Below are positions 51,890 to 64,000 of a stretch of DNA of 64,000 bases, one piece after another. Within the stretch, counting starts at the first letter, position 1, and the number at the start of each line of letters is the position of its first letter. The notes under the pieces are model-generated. The model was not told the DNA's origin, did not search any database, and worked only from the letters and a program-made list of their open reading frames with translations. The translations under genes were made by a program, and so were the position numbers. Where the stretch lies: assembly GCF_001194135.2 (NCBI RefSeq), contig NC_069001.1, positions 11,978,366 to 12,042,365 of the forward strand, read 5' to 3'. Source of the DNA: Octopus bimaculoides. Taxonomy: Eukaryota.

Positions 51890-53370
51890 GGCCAGGAAGC
51901 GGGAAATCGCCTGGTTTGCACACACCTTTCTCTCTCCGAGTTATATCTCTACCTAAACTCTTCCTTAAAATCCTAAAATCCAAGTTTCCACCACACCATA
52001 AATACTATCCCATCCTTAACAAATCATCAATGTCAATCTCCGCCACCACACATAATTTAGGATCCGTAATCGCCTTCTCGATCAAGCGCAAGCTCCAACA
52101 GCAGTCCTCTGAACAATTAAACTCTGACACTGCACCTCAATTTAGCCCACATGGTGGCAATAACACATCCGTTATATCCCCACGCGATTAAATAATTCTA
52201 GACTGAAGCCATCATTCCAAAATCCTACCTACGCGACAATAAATACTAGCTGTAATAGAACCTCCCAAACTAATACAACTACAGATCACAGTTCAGCCCC
52301 CAACCCTCACCAACAATGAACCAACTGAGCTCAGACACTGTTGTAGGAAACACCAATCACGGAGCAGGTAGGAAACCTTGTAATTATTGCGTATCTCGCT
52401 CACCAATCTAAATACTACTTTGTCAATATCCTTAGCAGCGTATATACACAACCTCAAATGCCAAAATATTCCATACACCCTATTCTGCTCCATTGTAAGG
52501 AAAGATCGCCCATACAATGCAAACATCGGCAAGTGTAAGTTATATCTAAAAGAATAATTAACCATTCTTGACCTTCGTCACTAGTTCTTACTTAATAGAT
52601 TCTCAAATGTTATTTCTTCTTGTAAGCACAGGTACCCTTCATCTTCCACACACTTCGCCAAATCTATATAATTCCATAATAAGTTTCCTTACTCGAAAAA
52701 AATAACTTAAACCATGACAGTCTGCTTTGCCACCTAGTACGTAAACAATACTAACCCCACCTCTTACTCTGTCATACACACAGCTTCAGATTCTTCTAGA
52801 TTCTTCAAATCTACATTAGCTCCCCACCCTCCTCAGTCACAAAATGTCCTTTGAAAATTAACCTATCTACATATATACCCCCTCCCTAATTACACCCACT
52901 ATTCAATTCTTTTATTGAGCATAACAACTCACCACACCCCTCCAATACCAAGCCACTTCCTTTGTCCCACTAACAACTACTTTTGACCACATTCTCATCC
53001 TCCAGCTATTGAACCAATCAAATTATTTCCCTCAAATAATAGCCATCCCTGTTTATCTATCTTAACCTTTAACTCCATAGCCTTTCATACAAACTAACAC
53101 ACAGGGCATCATTCACATACTACCTAATTCACCTTTCCCCCTTCCTCCCACCTCTATTACTATCACTATCATCATTATTAAGCTTAACCACAAACTCTAT
53201 TTTTTCCTCCTATTACTCTCTTTCATAACACACCCAACTTCTCATTCTTAGCTCTCCACTTAGCACTCCACGAAATCATTCAACGTTTATCTCCATTCTA
53301 TCAACACATCAAATGTAAATTTCTTTCCTGAAGACGGAGGCGGGTGGTATCCGTTGATAAAATCAAGTCA
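51890..53370 (+). mobile_element. Highly decayed A/C-rich retroelement, possibly Penelope-like
   Basis: Strong A/C strand skew over 1.5 kb. Faint peptide echoes (LTILDL; PIPSHF; ILTFNSIAFH) and a CTGAAGA-CGGA..TCCG motif at the 3' end. Too degenerate to be sure. Confidence 0.3.
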
Positions 53371-55252
53371 CAAGCATTATGTTAGACCTCCAAACCCCCA
53401 GAAATAGTTGTTGGAATGCTTAAAGCACTTACTGAACTCCCTTAATTCCTAATATTATTTCCATTGTGTAAGCCGAACATTTTTATACGTATACATATGT
53501 ACATTCTTTGCATTAAATACATCTAGTATTTCTTTGTATATCGACTTGCCTAACTTGCTTGTCCTTACATTTACTTCTGCATATGTATATATGTGTGTGT
53601 TTATGTGAGAGTAGTTGTGTGTTAATGCATGTGCTTGCTTATTTATATAATATTTGCATGTTTATATTAAAATGGCTTCTACGAGTTCATATTAAAGTAT
53701 GCTGCCAAATTCTGACAACTGCATTTCGATGCTGTTGTTCTGTATGTTTAATAACTTTATTCCGTATATGATTTAATTAATGCAAAAAATTCAATCTTCT
53801 CCATTACTTTTTCTCGTGCATTTCTTTTGAGCAATAGTTTTACACCTCCCTCCACCCATATTAAATTAGGTTTCCTCTCGAATACACTACACCTAAATTG
53901 TCATTTTCTTCTTGTTTTCATCTTGTTTGAATCTCTCATTTTGTTTCCTTTAATAGTCTTACTTTCAAACTAATCATAAAGCTTCTTCATATTTAATAGA
54001 TGCTACTTTATTCTAAGCTCCAGTTCCGTTGGGATGTTTTAAAGAAGAAATTACTCTGCATCCTGTAATATATAAATAACTGTGTAGATGAATGAATAAA
54101 CATATAAAAATGAAGTACAGTACATTAACCCAATACCTATATTGAGATCTATGTAGGTGGCTTGTAGGAAATCATCCATCGTTGTGTGTGTATGTATATA
54201 TGTATATATATATGTATATATATGTTTATATATCTATATATGTAAACATATGCATATATAGACATATATAGATGGAGTAATAGATAGACAAAGAGTCAGA
54301 GAGATAGCTATAGATATATAGATTGATTGACAGATACGTATATATATATACATATACAGATGTCTATACACACACACACACACACACACACANNNNNNNN
54401 NNNNNNNNNNNNNNNNNNNNNNNNNNNNNNNNNNNNNNNNNNNNNNNNNNNNNNNNNNNNNNNNNNNNNNNNNNNNNNNNNNNNNNNNNNNNNNNNNNNN
54501 NNNNNNNNNNNNNNNNNNNNNNNNNNNNNNNNNNNNNNNNNNNNNNNNNNNNNNNNNNNNNNNNNNNNNNNNNNNNNNNNNNNNNNNNNNNNNNNNNNNN
54601 NNNNNNNNNNNNNNNNNNNNNNNNNNNNNNNNNNNNNNNNNNNNNNNNNNNNNNNNNNNNNNNNNNNNNNNNNNNNNNNNNNNNNNNNNNNNNNNNNNNN
54701 NNNNNNNNNNNNNNNNNNNNNNNNNNNNNNNNNNNNNNNNNNNNNNNNNNNNNNNNNNNNNNNNNNNNNNNNNNACGCACGCACGCACGCACGCACGCAC
54801 GTACGTTTGTATGTGTGTGTAATTGTGTGATATCCAGCACGTTCACTCAGATTTCAAAATCTTTTAATATTTAATGAGCGAACTTAGCGAAAGTACTGTT
54901 TCGTTTTTTTCTGCTGGAAATAAGAGTAGCGAATATAATTCCAGCAAGAATGCTACCCGTTTTTATACCATACCCCGACACGTACACATAAGAACATACA
55001 CATATGTACGTGTATCTGTATTCTCCGACAGACATAGTGAGGGCAAAATTTGAATCTTCGAATTTCAGTTCAACACTTTTTAAATGTATGATAAATATAT
55101 ACATTACAGAAGCATTTCAATTATCATTCAGTTTAATGTTAGATAGGTTATATTATAACATATATTGAAACGAAGTGATTGTTCCATATTCAAACAGACT
55201 ATTTGTGCTTTTCATTTTCAATTGTATTTCTGCCTCAGCATCTTTGACTTAC

Positions 55253-55294
55253 CATCCATGACTTCTCGGATGATTATTCAGTCCAGCTGCAGAT
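55253..55294 (-). CDS. Candidate 42-nt exon (SAAGLNNHPRSHG)
   Basis: TTTTAAACCATGCAG acceptor and ATG|GTAAGT donor. Only phase 2 is open, matching the 47728-47824 candidate. It could instead be 5'UTR. Confidence 0.35.
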
Positions 55295-55606
55295 CTGCAT
55301 GGTTTAAAACATAAGTGAGACAAATATAACTTGTAGCCGACTGTGCACTTTCAACTTGTTAGGTCTGCACACGTCGCGCATCTTCCATCATCTTAGGAGT
55401 TGTGATAGATGAAATGCTAAATGAGGTCACCTGTCTTTTGATAGTTTCGGGCTCTTCTTCTGTAAACGATTTTTTCCTTATTGCTCTAGCCTGGTCACAC
55501 AGTCTCAGTTCCGGGAGTTAAAACAATCCCCTTTTCCCTCCAATGATCATGCATTCGTTGTCGGTAATCCCTAATTTGAGCACCATTATTATTACTATTG
55601 CCAACT

Positions 55607-55817
55607 GTGAGCTGGCAGAATCGTTAGGATGACGGACAAAATGTTCAGTGGCGTTTCGTCCGTCATTACGTGCAAGAGTTCAAAACCCGCCGAGGTTGAC
55701 TTTGACTTTGCTGGGATCGATAAAATAAGTACCAGTCAAATAATGGTGTCGATGTAATCAACTTACCCCAAATCCCACCGAATTTACTAGCCTGGTAGTA
55801 ACGAAATTTGAAACAGT
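55607..55817 (+). mobile_element. SINE family B
   Basis: GAGCTGGCAGAATCGTTAG...GAGTTCAAAACCCGCCGAGGTTGACTTTG...GATAAAATAAGTACCAGT. Confidence 0.85.
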
Positions 55818-56148
55818 TATCATTATTATTCATTAACATAACACTATCACTTCTCTTCCTGTCGCACACTTTAACACGACATAAAATCCCACCGCCATTA
55901 CATGTTTTGAATTTATTTCACATTTGTATTATCTCAAACCTGTTGGACCCTTCGGGCCAATAAAGAATTCTTCCTCTTCTTCTGATTATTATTAACATCT
56001 TCGTCATTTTCAATATTATTTTTGCTGCAATCATCAGCGTTTTTTTGTTTTTTTTCTTATCACAAATATCATCTTCGACATCTTCCTGGTTTATAGCCAC
56101 GTTAATTCTATTTACGATGCATTTTTATTATTACAAAGTACGACTCAC

Positions 56149-56157
56149 CTTTCATTT
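56149..56157 (-). CDS. Candidate 9-nt microexon (AAATGAAAG)
   Basis: AAG|GTGAGT consensus donor; TTTAAAAG acceptor preceded by a long T-rich, AG-free stretch. Confidence 0.3.
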
Positions 56158-56556
56158 CTTTTAAATAATACATTAAAAAAAAAACACAAAATACACACAA
56201 ATAGACAACAGCAAATTCACATATACATACAACATATATATATATATATATATGCTTATAAACAGAAACAAACAAATGTCTTTTAATTTCTCACCTAAAG
56301 CAGAATTCCACGAAGATCATACGCATAATTATTACGTATTTATATGTGCGTGTGTATGTATTTGTGTATATATATATATGTATATATGTGTGTGTGGTAG
56401 CTTGTGTGTATATGTGTATATATATATATGTGTGTGTGTGAGTATATTATGTATATTATTGTGTATGCATGTATTTCTTTTTCAATGCATTTCTCATTAA
56501 CATATATGCACAAATGGAATCTGACATGCATACACACACAAAATTTAGATGTCTAG

Positions 56557-56925
56557 TTGCTGTTGATTAATTTTTCATTTATTACATCTCTTTTTCTTCT
56601 TTTTCTTTTTCTTCTGCTTCTTCTTTATCGACTCATTCTCATTTTTCTTCTTCTTGTAGTTGTTATTGTTGTTGTTTTTGTTATTGTTCTTTTTCTTCTT
56701 GTAGTTGTTATTGTAGGTAGTTCCCTCTTCTTCTTCTCTTTCTATTTTTCCTGCTCCTTCTTCTCCTCCTGCTTCTCTTTCTTCTTCTTTTCCGCCTCCT
56801 TCTCGTCCACCTGCTCCTCCTTCTTTTTCTTTTTCTTCTTCCTCTTCTTCTTCTTCTTTCTTCCTCCTCTTCTTGTTTTTCTTCTTCTTCTTCGTCTTCT
56901 TCTCCTTATTATTATTATCCTCATT
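56557..56925. repeat. (CTT/TTC/TTG)n pyrimidine-rich low-complexity tract
   Basis: Read directly from the sequence. Confidence 0.9.
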
Positions 56926-57269
56926 ACCTCCCTGTCTCTCCCTTTCCGTTCCGCCACCTTCATCCTACCATCACTGTATACGCTAAAATCGCCATTACAG
57001 AGGCTTCGTCGAAGGCAAGACCTGGGCATAATTACCAAATTACAACCAAAATAGGATTGTAGCAGAGATCTGAAGTCTGGAAAACGGTAGGGGGCAACAG
57101 TAATCGATTTCTGTTGATTCCTGTTTTACAGTTGTTTTGTGTATTTATCGTTTGGTTTATGGTTTTTGGAAATAAATAAACAAAACAGAATGAATGAAAA
57201 ACCCAAAATATATAACGAAGTATAAAACGAAACGAAAGACAACAAAACGAAAAATACTTAATTATAATT

Positions 57270-58913
57270 TATCATCGTCGTTATCATCATCAACGACATC
57301 ATGGCTTGTTTCACCAGCAGCAGCACCACCACCACCACCATGAATCCTTACTATCCCCACCGGTACAGCAGCAGCAACAGCAACCACACCAACACCACCG
57401 ATGGCACTGCCGATACGGAGAAATTCATCTTCGTTTCATCAATATGTTGTCGTCATCGTCACGATCAGCCTCATCGTCATCGCTTTCCTCATGGTCGTCG
57501 GCATCATCAACACCATGATTATCGTCATCATCATTCTCATCATGATCATTAGTATCATCAATACCACCACCATCTTCTTCACCATCATCATGATCAACAT
57601 CACAATCATCAACGCCATCTTCACCACTACCACCACCATTATCATCATCGTCATCATCATCATCCTCCCCTCCCCTTCGTCATCATGAGCATCACCATCT
57701 TTATCTTTATAACACGTTTTTTCTCCTCCTCCTCTATACATATCCTCACTGTCATCTTTATCATCATCATTCTCTTTATCATCCTCCTCCTCCCCCTCAT
57801 CATCATATTGATCGTTCTCTTCCGACCTCTTGTTCTTCCTCATCGTTATCATCACCATCATCATTAATATCAATACCACCACCATCCTTCTTCTCCTCTT
57901 TCTCCTTCTCCACCTCCACCACATCATCATCATCATCGTCGTTATCATCAATGAATGTCGTCATTGTCGTTGCTGCCATCAGTGTTGATTTTGTCGGCGG
58001 TGTTGTCGTCATACTTTATCGTCGTCGTCGTCGTCATCACTTTACCCCTTCTGCACCTCCTCCTCCCCTCCCCTTCGTCATCATGAGCATCACCATCTTT
58101 ATCTTTATAACAACACTTTTTTTCTCCTCCTCCTCTATACATATCCTCACTGTCATCTTTATCATCACCATCATTCCCTTTATCATCCTCCTCCTCCCCC
58201 TCATCATCATCATATTCATCGTTCTCTTCCGACCTCTTGTTCTTCCTCATCTTTATCATCATCAATGTCGTCATCTTCCTCATCCCTAACCCTCATAATG
58301 TAATCATCACCATCATCATCGTCGTCTTCCTGCATCATTATCATCAGCATCATCATCATCATCATTATCATCCTCATCATCGTCTTCTCCATCATCATCA
58401 ACATCGTCATCATCACCATCGTCATCATCATTATCATCCTCATCGTCTTCTCCATCATGATCATAGTCATCATCGTTATCATCATCACCATCATCATTAT
58501 CATCATCTTCTCCATCGTCATCATCATCATCATCATCTTATTAACCAGCAGTAGCAGCAGCAGTTCGCGACCACCATGTAGCACAGCGCTGCTATCACTT
58601 TAACCAACATCGCAACCGAAACTGCTACGCATGCCACCACTACATTGATAACTACCACTGAATCCTTATCACCGCCACCACCACCACCACCATCACCGAT
58701 ACCTCCACCACCGTCACTCCCAGCACCACAACTACCACCACCAACACAACCTATACCCCACCACCACCACCACCACTACCACGACAATCTGTGTCACCTC
58801 CCCTGCGAATGCAGCTACCATCGCATCCAACACCTTCATACACCGCACCATGAACCCTATCATAACACCATCATCACCACCACTGCCGCTAGAGCCAATA
58901 CAGTAACAAGAAC
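57270..58913. repeat. (ATC/CAC/CTC)n cryptic-simplicity array containing a roughly 195-bp direct duplication
   Basis: 57664-57855 matches 58064-58262. Confidence 0.9.
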
Positions 58914-59791
58914 NNNNNNNNNNNNNNNNNNNNNNNNNNNNNNNNNNNNNNNNNNNNNNNNNNNNNNNNNNNNNNNNNNNNNNNNNNNNNNNNNNNNNNN
59001 NNNNNNNNNNNNNNNNNNNNNNNNNNNNNNNNNNNNNNNNNNNNNNNNNNNNNNNNNNNNNNNNNNNNNNNNNNNNNNNNNNNNNNNNNNNNNNNNNNNN
59101 NNNNNNNNNNNNNNNNNNNNNNNNNNNNNNNNNNNNNNNNNNNNNNNNNNNNNNNNNNNNNNNNNNNNNNNNNNNNNNNNNNNNNNNNNNNNNNNNNNNN
59201 NNNNNNNNNNNNNNNNNNNNNNNNNNNNNNNNNNNNNNNNNNNNNNNNNNNNNNNNNNNNNNNNNNNNNNNNNNNNNNNNNNNNNNNNNNNNNNNNNNNN
59301 NNNNNNNNNNNNNNNNNNNNNNNNNNNNNNNNNNNNNNNNNNNNNNNNNNNNNNNNNNNNNNNNNNNNNNNNNNNNNNNNNNNNNNNNNNNNNNNNNNNN
59401 NNNNNNNNNNNNNNNNNNNNNNNNNNNNNNNNNNNNNNNNNNNNNNNNNNNNNNNNNNNNNNNNNNNNNNNNNNNNNNNNNNNNNNNNNNNNNNNNNNNN
59501 NNNNNNNNNNNNNNNNNNNNNNNNNNNNNNNNNNNNNNNNNNNNNNNNNNNNNNNNNNNNNNNNNNNNNNNNNNNNNNNNNNNNNNNNNNNNNNNNNNNN
59601 NNNNNNNNNNNNNNNNNNNNNNNNNNNNNNNNNNNNNNNNNNNNNNNNNNNNNNNNNNNNNNNNNNNNNNNNNNNNNNNNNNNNNNNNNNNNNNNNNNNN
59701 NNNNNNNNNNNNNNNNNNNNNNNNNNNNNNNNNNNNNNNNNNNNNNNNNNNNNNNNNNNNNNNNNNNNNNNNNNNNNNNNNNNNNNNNNNN

Positions 59792-60020
59792 AGTGGCTGA
59801 GTGAAGGAGTGGCTGAGTGAAGGAGTGGCTGAGTGAAGGAGTGGCTGAGTGAAGGAGTGGATGAGTGGGTGAGTGGCTGAGTGGGTGAGTGACTGAAAGG
59901 GTGAGTGACTGTGACAGTGACTGTATGTATGGGTGGCTGAGTGGGTGAGTGAGAGAATGTGTGTATGATTGAGTGATTGATTCAATCAGTGATAGTGTGT
60001 GAGTGAATGAGTGAGTGAAT
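59792..60020. repeat. GAGT-based satellite; 16-bp unit AGTGGCTGAGTGAAGG x4 at the gap edge, decaying rightwards
   Basis: Read directly from the sequence. Confidence 0.9.
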
Positions 60021-60535
60021 AAATGAATGATTGAGTGTTAGATGGACTACTTTCGAATATGTGCAAATGAAATATCGGAGCGATGGGGTGAACATTAGAA
60101 GGAATAACTATTTGATTGACTAAATGTGTGAGTCAGTGTATAATTAAATGTGTGAAGGATTGACTTTTTGAGGGCGATAAGTAGCTAGCGTAGATAATTT
60201 TGGAGTCGATAAGGTCGACTATCTTGGAGTGAGAGCTGAGTCTAGAAAAGTTTAAAGTAGCAAGATTGTGAAATAGTGACGGTTTTAAGAAGCGAGTGAA
60301 TAAATGAGTGTGAGGGAGAAAGGATATGAGTGTAAGCGTGAGGTTATGTATAATGAGTATATGAATGTATCAGCGAGGATATGAGTGTATGAATGAAGGT
60401 CAGTTTATGAGTGAGAGTGCGAAATAGTTGACGCGTTTGTAAACGTCGGATGGTATAAATGAACGATGCAAGGAGCGAATTCTTGTACGAGTGATGAAGC
60501 GAGTGAGTGACAAATATAATGGAGTGAATTAAAGA

Positions 60536-60710
60536 GCTTGTCGATTCTATTGACTCCGGTGCTCAACTGGTACTTATTTTTATCGACTCTGAAAGAATGA
60601 AAGGCGAAGTCGATTTCGGTGGAATTTTAACTTAGAACATTAAGCTAGAAGAAATGGCACGAAAAAATGTTCTCCGGCATATTGATTCAATAAACTTACC
60701 GCCTTAAATA
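60536..60710 (-). mobile_element. SINE family B
   Basis: GGTGCTCAACTGGTACTTATTTTTATCGACTCTGAAAGAATGAAAGGCGAAGTCGATTTCGGTGGAATTTTAACTTAGAAC. Confidence 0.85.
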
Positions 60711-60956
60711 AAATAAATGAAACAATATCACGAATTATAATTTCAGATCGTAATATAGAGTTTAAATCTCGCTTTGACCAAAATTGCCCACATAGAATTT
60801 CGTAGTTTGAGATCTTATTTTATTTCAATTTTCAAACCTGGTCAACTATGATAACAGGCATTCTTATGAAAAAATTCCGCCTTTGTTTTCGAGTTTATCT
60901 AAGAATATGGCCTGAATTATACTCTTCGTAAATTCTTCAACATTATTTCTGTCGTT

Positions 60957-61160
60957 AAGGTGATGAGCTGGCAGAATCGTTAGTACACTGGACAAAATGC
61001 TTAACGACATTTCGTCTGTCTTTAGGTTCTGAGTTCAAATTCCGTCAAGGCTAACTTTACCTTTCATTCTTTCTGGGTCCATGCAGTAAATAACACTTGA
61101 ACACTGGGTTCGATTTAATCGAATTAAACCCCCACTAAAATTACTGGCCTTGTGTTGAGG
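60957..61160 (+). mobile_element. SINE family B
   Basis: GAGCTGGCAGAATCGTTAG...GTTCTGAGTTCAAATTCCGTCAAGGCTAACTTTACCTTTCATTCTTT...CTGGCCTTGTG. Confidence 0.85.
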
Positions 61161-61810
61161 CAATACAGATTGTGTAGGTTGTTCAAACACCGTTCCCTAA
61201 AGATCCCCTCTTTCGCAAGAAGATCTAAGAATAAACCGTCTGTTTTTTATAAACACTTCGAAATTAAGAATGTCGTATGAAATGGATCTATAGGTAAAAT
61301 TGGTTGAGAAACTGGTTCATTGGGATCCTAGCTTACTCAGCTGAAAACTCATTAATTTTCAGATTGTACTGCGCGAATTCCTACGACATTCCTATAATTT
61401 CTTATATATTGGTTGAGATTTCTCGCATATGTATCGAACGTATAGACGCACACTTTCATTGGATTACAGAAGAGCGAGAAGCAGAATGGCCGTCCAGTTA
61501 ATTGCGTATCTGTCTACATGTAACCGTGTATTGATAGATGTAACTCGAGCGATAAAATAACAATACACTTGGTTCACAATAATATATATATATATATATG
61601 TATGATTAATTACTCAACGTGATCTGCAACTGATAAAAATGAGTAAATAATACCATGGGAAAAGAAGAATTGAGATAATTGAGCGGATTAAAATGTAGAG
61701 ACAAATAGCGCCAAATAGCGACTAAAGTTTTATGAAGAGCTAATTTGAAAACAAATTGCTGAAGCTTATTTTTGTCATGTATAATGAGGTCAAATGGTTA
61801 ACGATATGCA

Positions 61811-61851
<41 letters not shown>

Positions 61852-62179
61852 ATTGCGGTTTGTTAGCAGATCTTTTTCCCCTTCTGTCGCCAGTTGTTGA
61901 TTATAAATGGTTGATGTCATAAATATTACGATGAGACAAGATAAATTGTCCTCCACCAGATACGTTTGTGTATACGCATAAATATATTTAAACATACACA
62001 CACATATATATATATATATATACACACTCATATAACGTATAGATATATGCAGCCATGCATTTACGTAAGATTAACACACATGCATTTACATATAGACATG
62101 TATATGGTTATACATATACACACATCTATATACACACGCATATATATATATACATGGTGTTGGTGGTTTTTTATTGTGT

Positions 62180-62192
62180 CAGAAGGAACGGT

Positions 62193-62227
<35 letters not shown>

Positions 62228-62258
62228 TAGTAGCAGCAGCAGCAGCAGCAGCAGTAGT
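62180..62258. repeat. (AGC)n(AGT)n(AGC)n microsatellite
   Basis: Read directly from the sequence. Confidence 0.95.
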
Positions 62259-62259
62259 A

Positions 62260-62660
62260 AGAGTAGTTATGTGGAAAGAGCATTATCAATGGTCTAATGC
62301 CGTTTAACCTCGAAGGAAGTTGAGAGTAGAGTTTAGTCTAATGAAAAGTCCAATAAAAGGTGGGTGAATGTAGCAAAGATGGTACGCATGAATGACTGCC
62401 CGACTTTTTTCCGAGGTTACCCTGTTNNNNNNNNNNNNNNNNNNNNNNNNNNNNNNNNNNNNNNNNNNNNNNNNNNNNNNNNNNNNNNNNNNNNNNNNNN
62501 NNNNNNNNNNNNNNNNCCCACCTTTGCAGAATTTCTGTTGTTAAAACGTCGACTTGTTATCAATGTGTACACGTTCCTATTGGGCGGTTTTGAAAAGAAA
62601 CAAATCTACATTGTATTGTCCCGTCTGTGTTCGGCCTTGCGTGGCTTAATGAAGAAATCA
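62260..62660 (+). mobile_element. 3' end of an L1/Tx1-like LINE (gap inside)
   Basis: Decayed ORF end RKLRVE...KRWVNVAKMVRMND resembles octopus L1/Tx1-like ORF2 C-termini as I recall them. The terminal segment is shared with the poly(A)-ended copy at 38376-38470. Confidence 0.5.
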
Positions 62661-62685
62661 TCTGTATATTAGCCGAGTAAATTAC

Positions 62686-62747
62686 GGGATTTTGTTTCTT
62701 CTGCTGCACGTGTACGAACGCATCTCTTCATCGGTTCCAGCACTCCA
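62686..62747 (-). CDS. Candidate 62-nt exon (WSAGTDEEMRSYTCSRRNKI)
   Basis: TTATTCCTTAAAG acceptor and GTAATT donor. Phase 0 to 2 is compatible with the downstream candidates, but two frames are open, so support is weaker. Confidence 0.2.
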
Positions 62748-64000
62748 CTTTAAGGAATAACTACGAATGTATTCAATGCATTAACGTTTTTCTTCATATT
62801 TTTACTTCGAGCTATATGTAATATTCAATCCCCTTTCACTGTCATAATTTCAAGACCTAAGCCTCTGTTACCGGCAGAGCTGATACACGGTTCAATAATT
62901 CGCGTTGACAGATAGGAGATGAATCGTGTACAAATCACATGAAATCTAGATTGATCGCGATAATAATAAAGTTGATATTGGGTCTCTGTGGAGATAATCA
63001 AATTTTATTGATAGATATGTCATCAATGACCGAGATCCCGACATTCTGAGATCAATAAATGACAAGATTGTCAGTTCATACTACATGTTATAGACATCAG
63101 TTAGCGTATATAATAAATGTTTTAGCAAAAATCTATGCTTGATTTTTCTAACCACCGCTATGTATACGTGTGCATATATGAATGTATATATGTATGTCTG
63201 TTAGTGTATGTTGACTTTATCAATGTAGCGCTGTTGGAGTGTATGAGAATGTCTCTGTGTGTCTCTGTATGTTTGTGGGTGTATATAGGTTAATCTATTT
63301 ATATGTATACGAGAGCAGAGCGTGTGTGGAAAGTGAGTGTAGTATATGTACTTTACATAAGATAAACGCACGGGTTTGAGCACATTCTCTTAATAATGCA
63401 GACTATATAAGAAGAACGTTGAGTTTTGATTGAGTAGACGTATGTTCAAAGGTGTTCCACCCATGAGCATTCCATCGAAAGTATTCAGCCAGAGTTCAAC
63501 CAGGGTCTTACATTATCTTATGAGTGTTTCCTTTCAAACAAACAAAAAGAGTTGATAGTCTGTAGATTCAAAAAGACTTGGCTACGGTTTCGAATACAGC
63601 AAGTTACCGACCGAATAGAAAGAAGGGTCCTAGCTGGCTCGAATCAAGCTAGTTAAATCTCACGGAGGCCTTTGTTAGAATTGTTTCTTATATTTGTGGA
63701 TATGCGTCAAAATTGGTGTTCCTGATGTTTAATCGCGGGTCAACACTAAGTTTGAATGAACTCAAGATCAAAGCTAATCCTAAAGTGACCCTAGCACATT
63801 TTATTTGCGGTAGTGTGTGGAGTACTACGTTACAAGGTACCTCATCGTTCTTCTCAAGATTGCACAGTTTCTGTGACTTTTAAGCAGGTAAACCTGTTCT
63901 TCATTTCGGACAAACGAATATATAGTGACGCAGTTCTACATATTCCAAAAAGTCTTTGTGTTGTATGTATGTATGTATGTATATATATATATATATATAT

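Noticed and set aside
56557-58584. Acidic, His-rich and Lys-rich ORFs
   Set aside because: Cryptic simple sequence; the triplet register shifts relative to any single frame.

Overview
AT-rich animal genomic DNA packed with (TA)n/(CA)n/(TAGA)n and trinucleotide microsatellites, with about 17 assembly gaps. The SINE, MITE and LINE families look like octopod cephalopod (Octopus) repeats; this is recalled from memory, not from a search. No CRISPR array, rRNA, intact tRNA, operon or prokaryotic system is present. Almost all long ORFs in the supplied track are artefacts of N-gaps or microsatellites. Well supported content: decayed DNA transposons (two mariner remnants, two Tc1 remnants, two maT-type remnants; DD34D, DD34E and DD37D spacings each counted in one copy), a Helitron 5' half with a partial second copy, a mariner-type MITE, about 15 SINE fragments of two families, 3' tips of two non-LTR retroelement types, and Penelope-type termini with degenerate minimal hammerhead cores. 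I did not find a clearly new biological system. The best leads are: (1) a chain of small, phase-compatible minus-strand exons, including a 9-nt microexon, that may form an unidentified gene spanning about 19-63 kb; (2) a 227-bp whole-element foldback at 28.3 kb; (3) a Helitron fragment flanked by a 51-bp duplication; (4) hammerhead-like motifs sharing a TGTTGA core variant; (5) an R4/Dong-like insertion inside a (TAA)n array. All need RNA-seq or homology confirmation.
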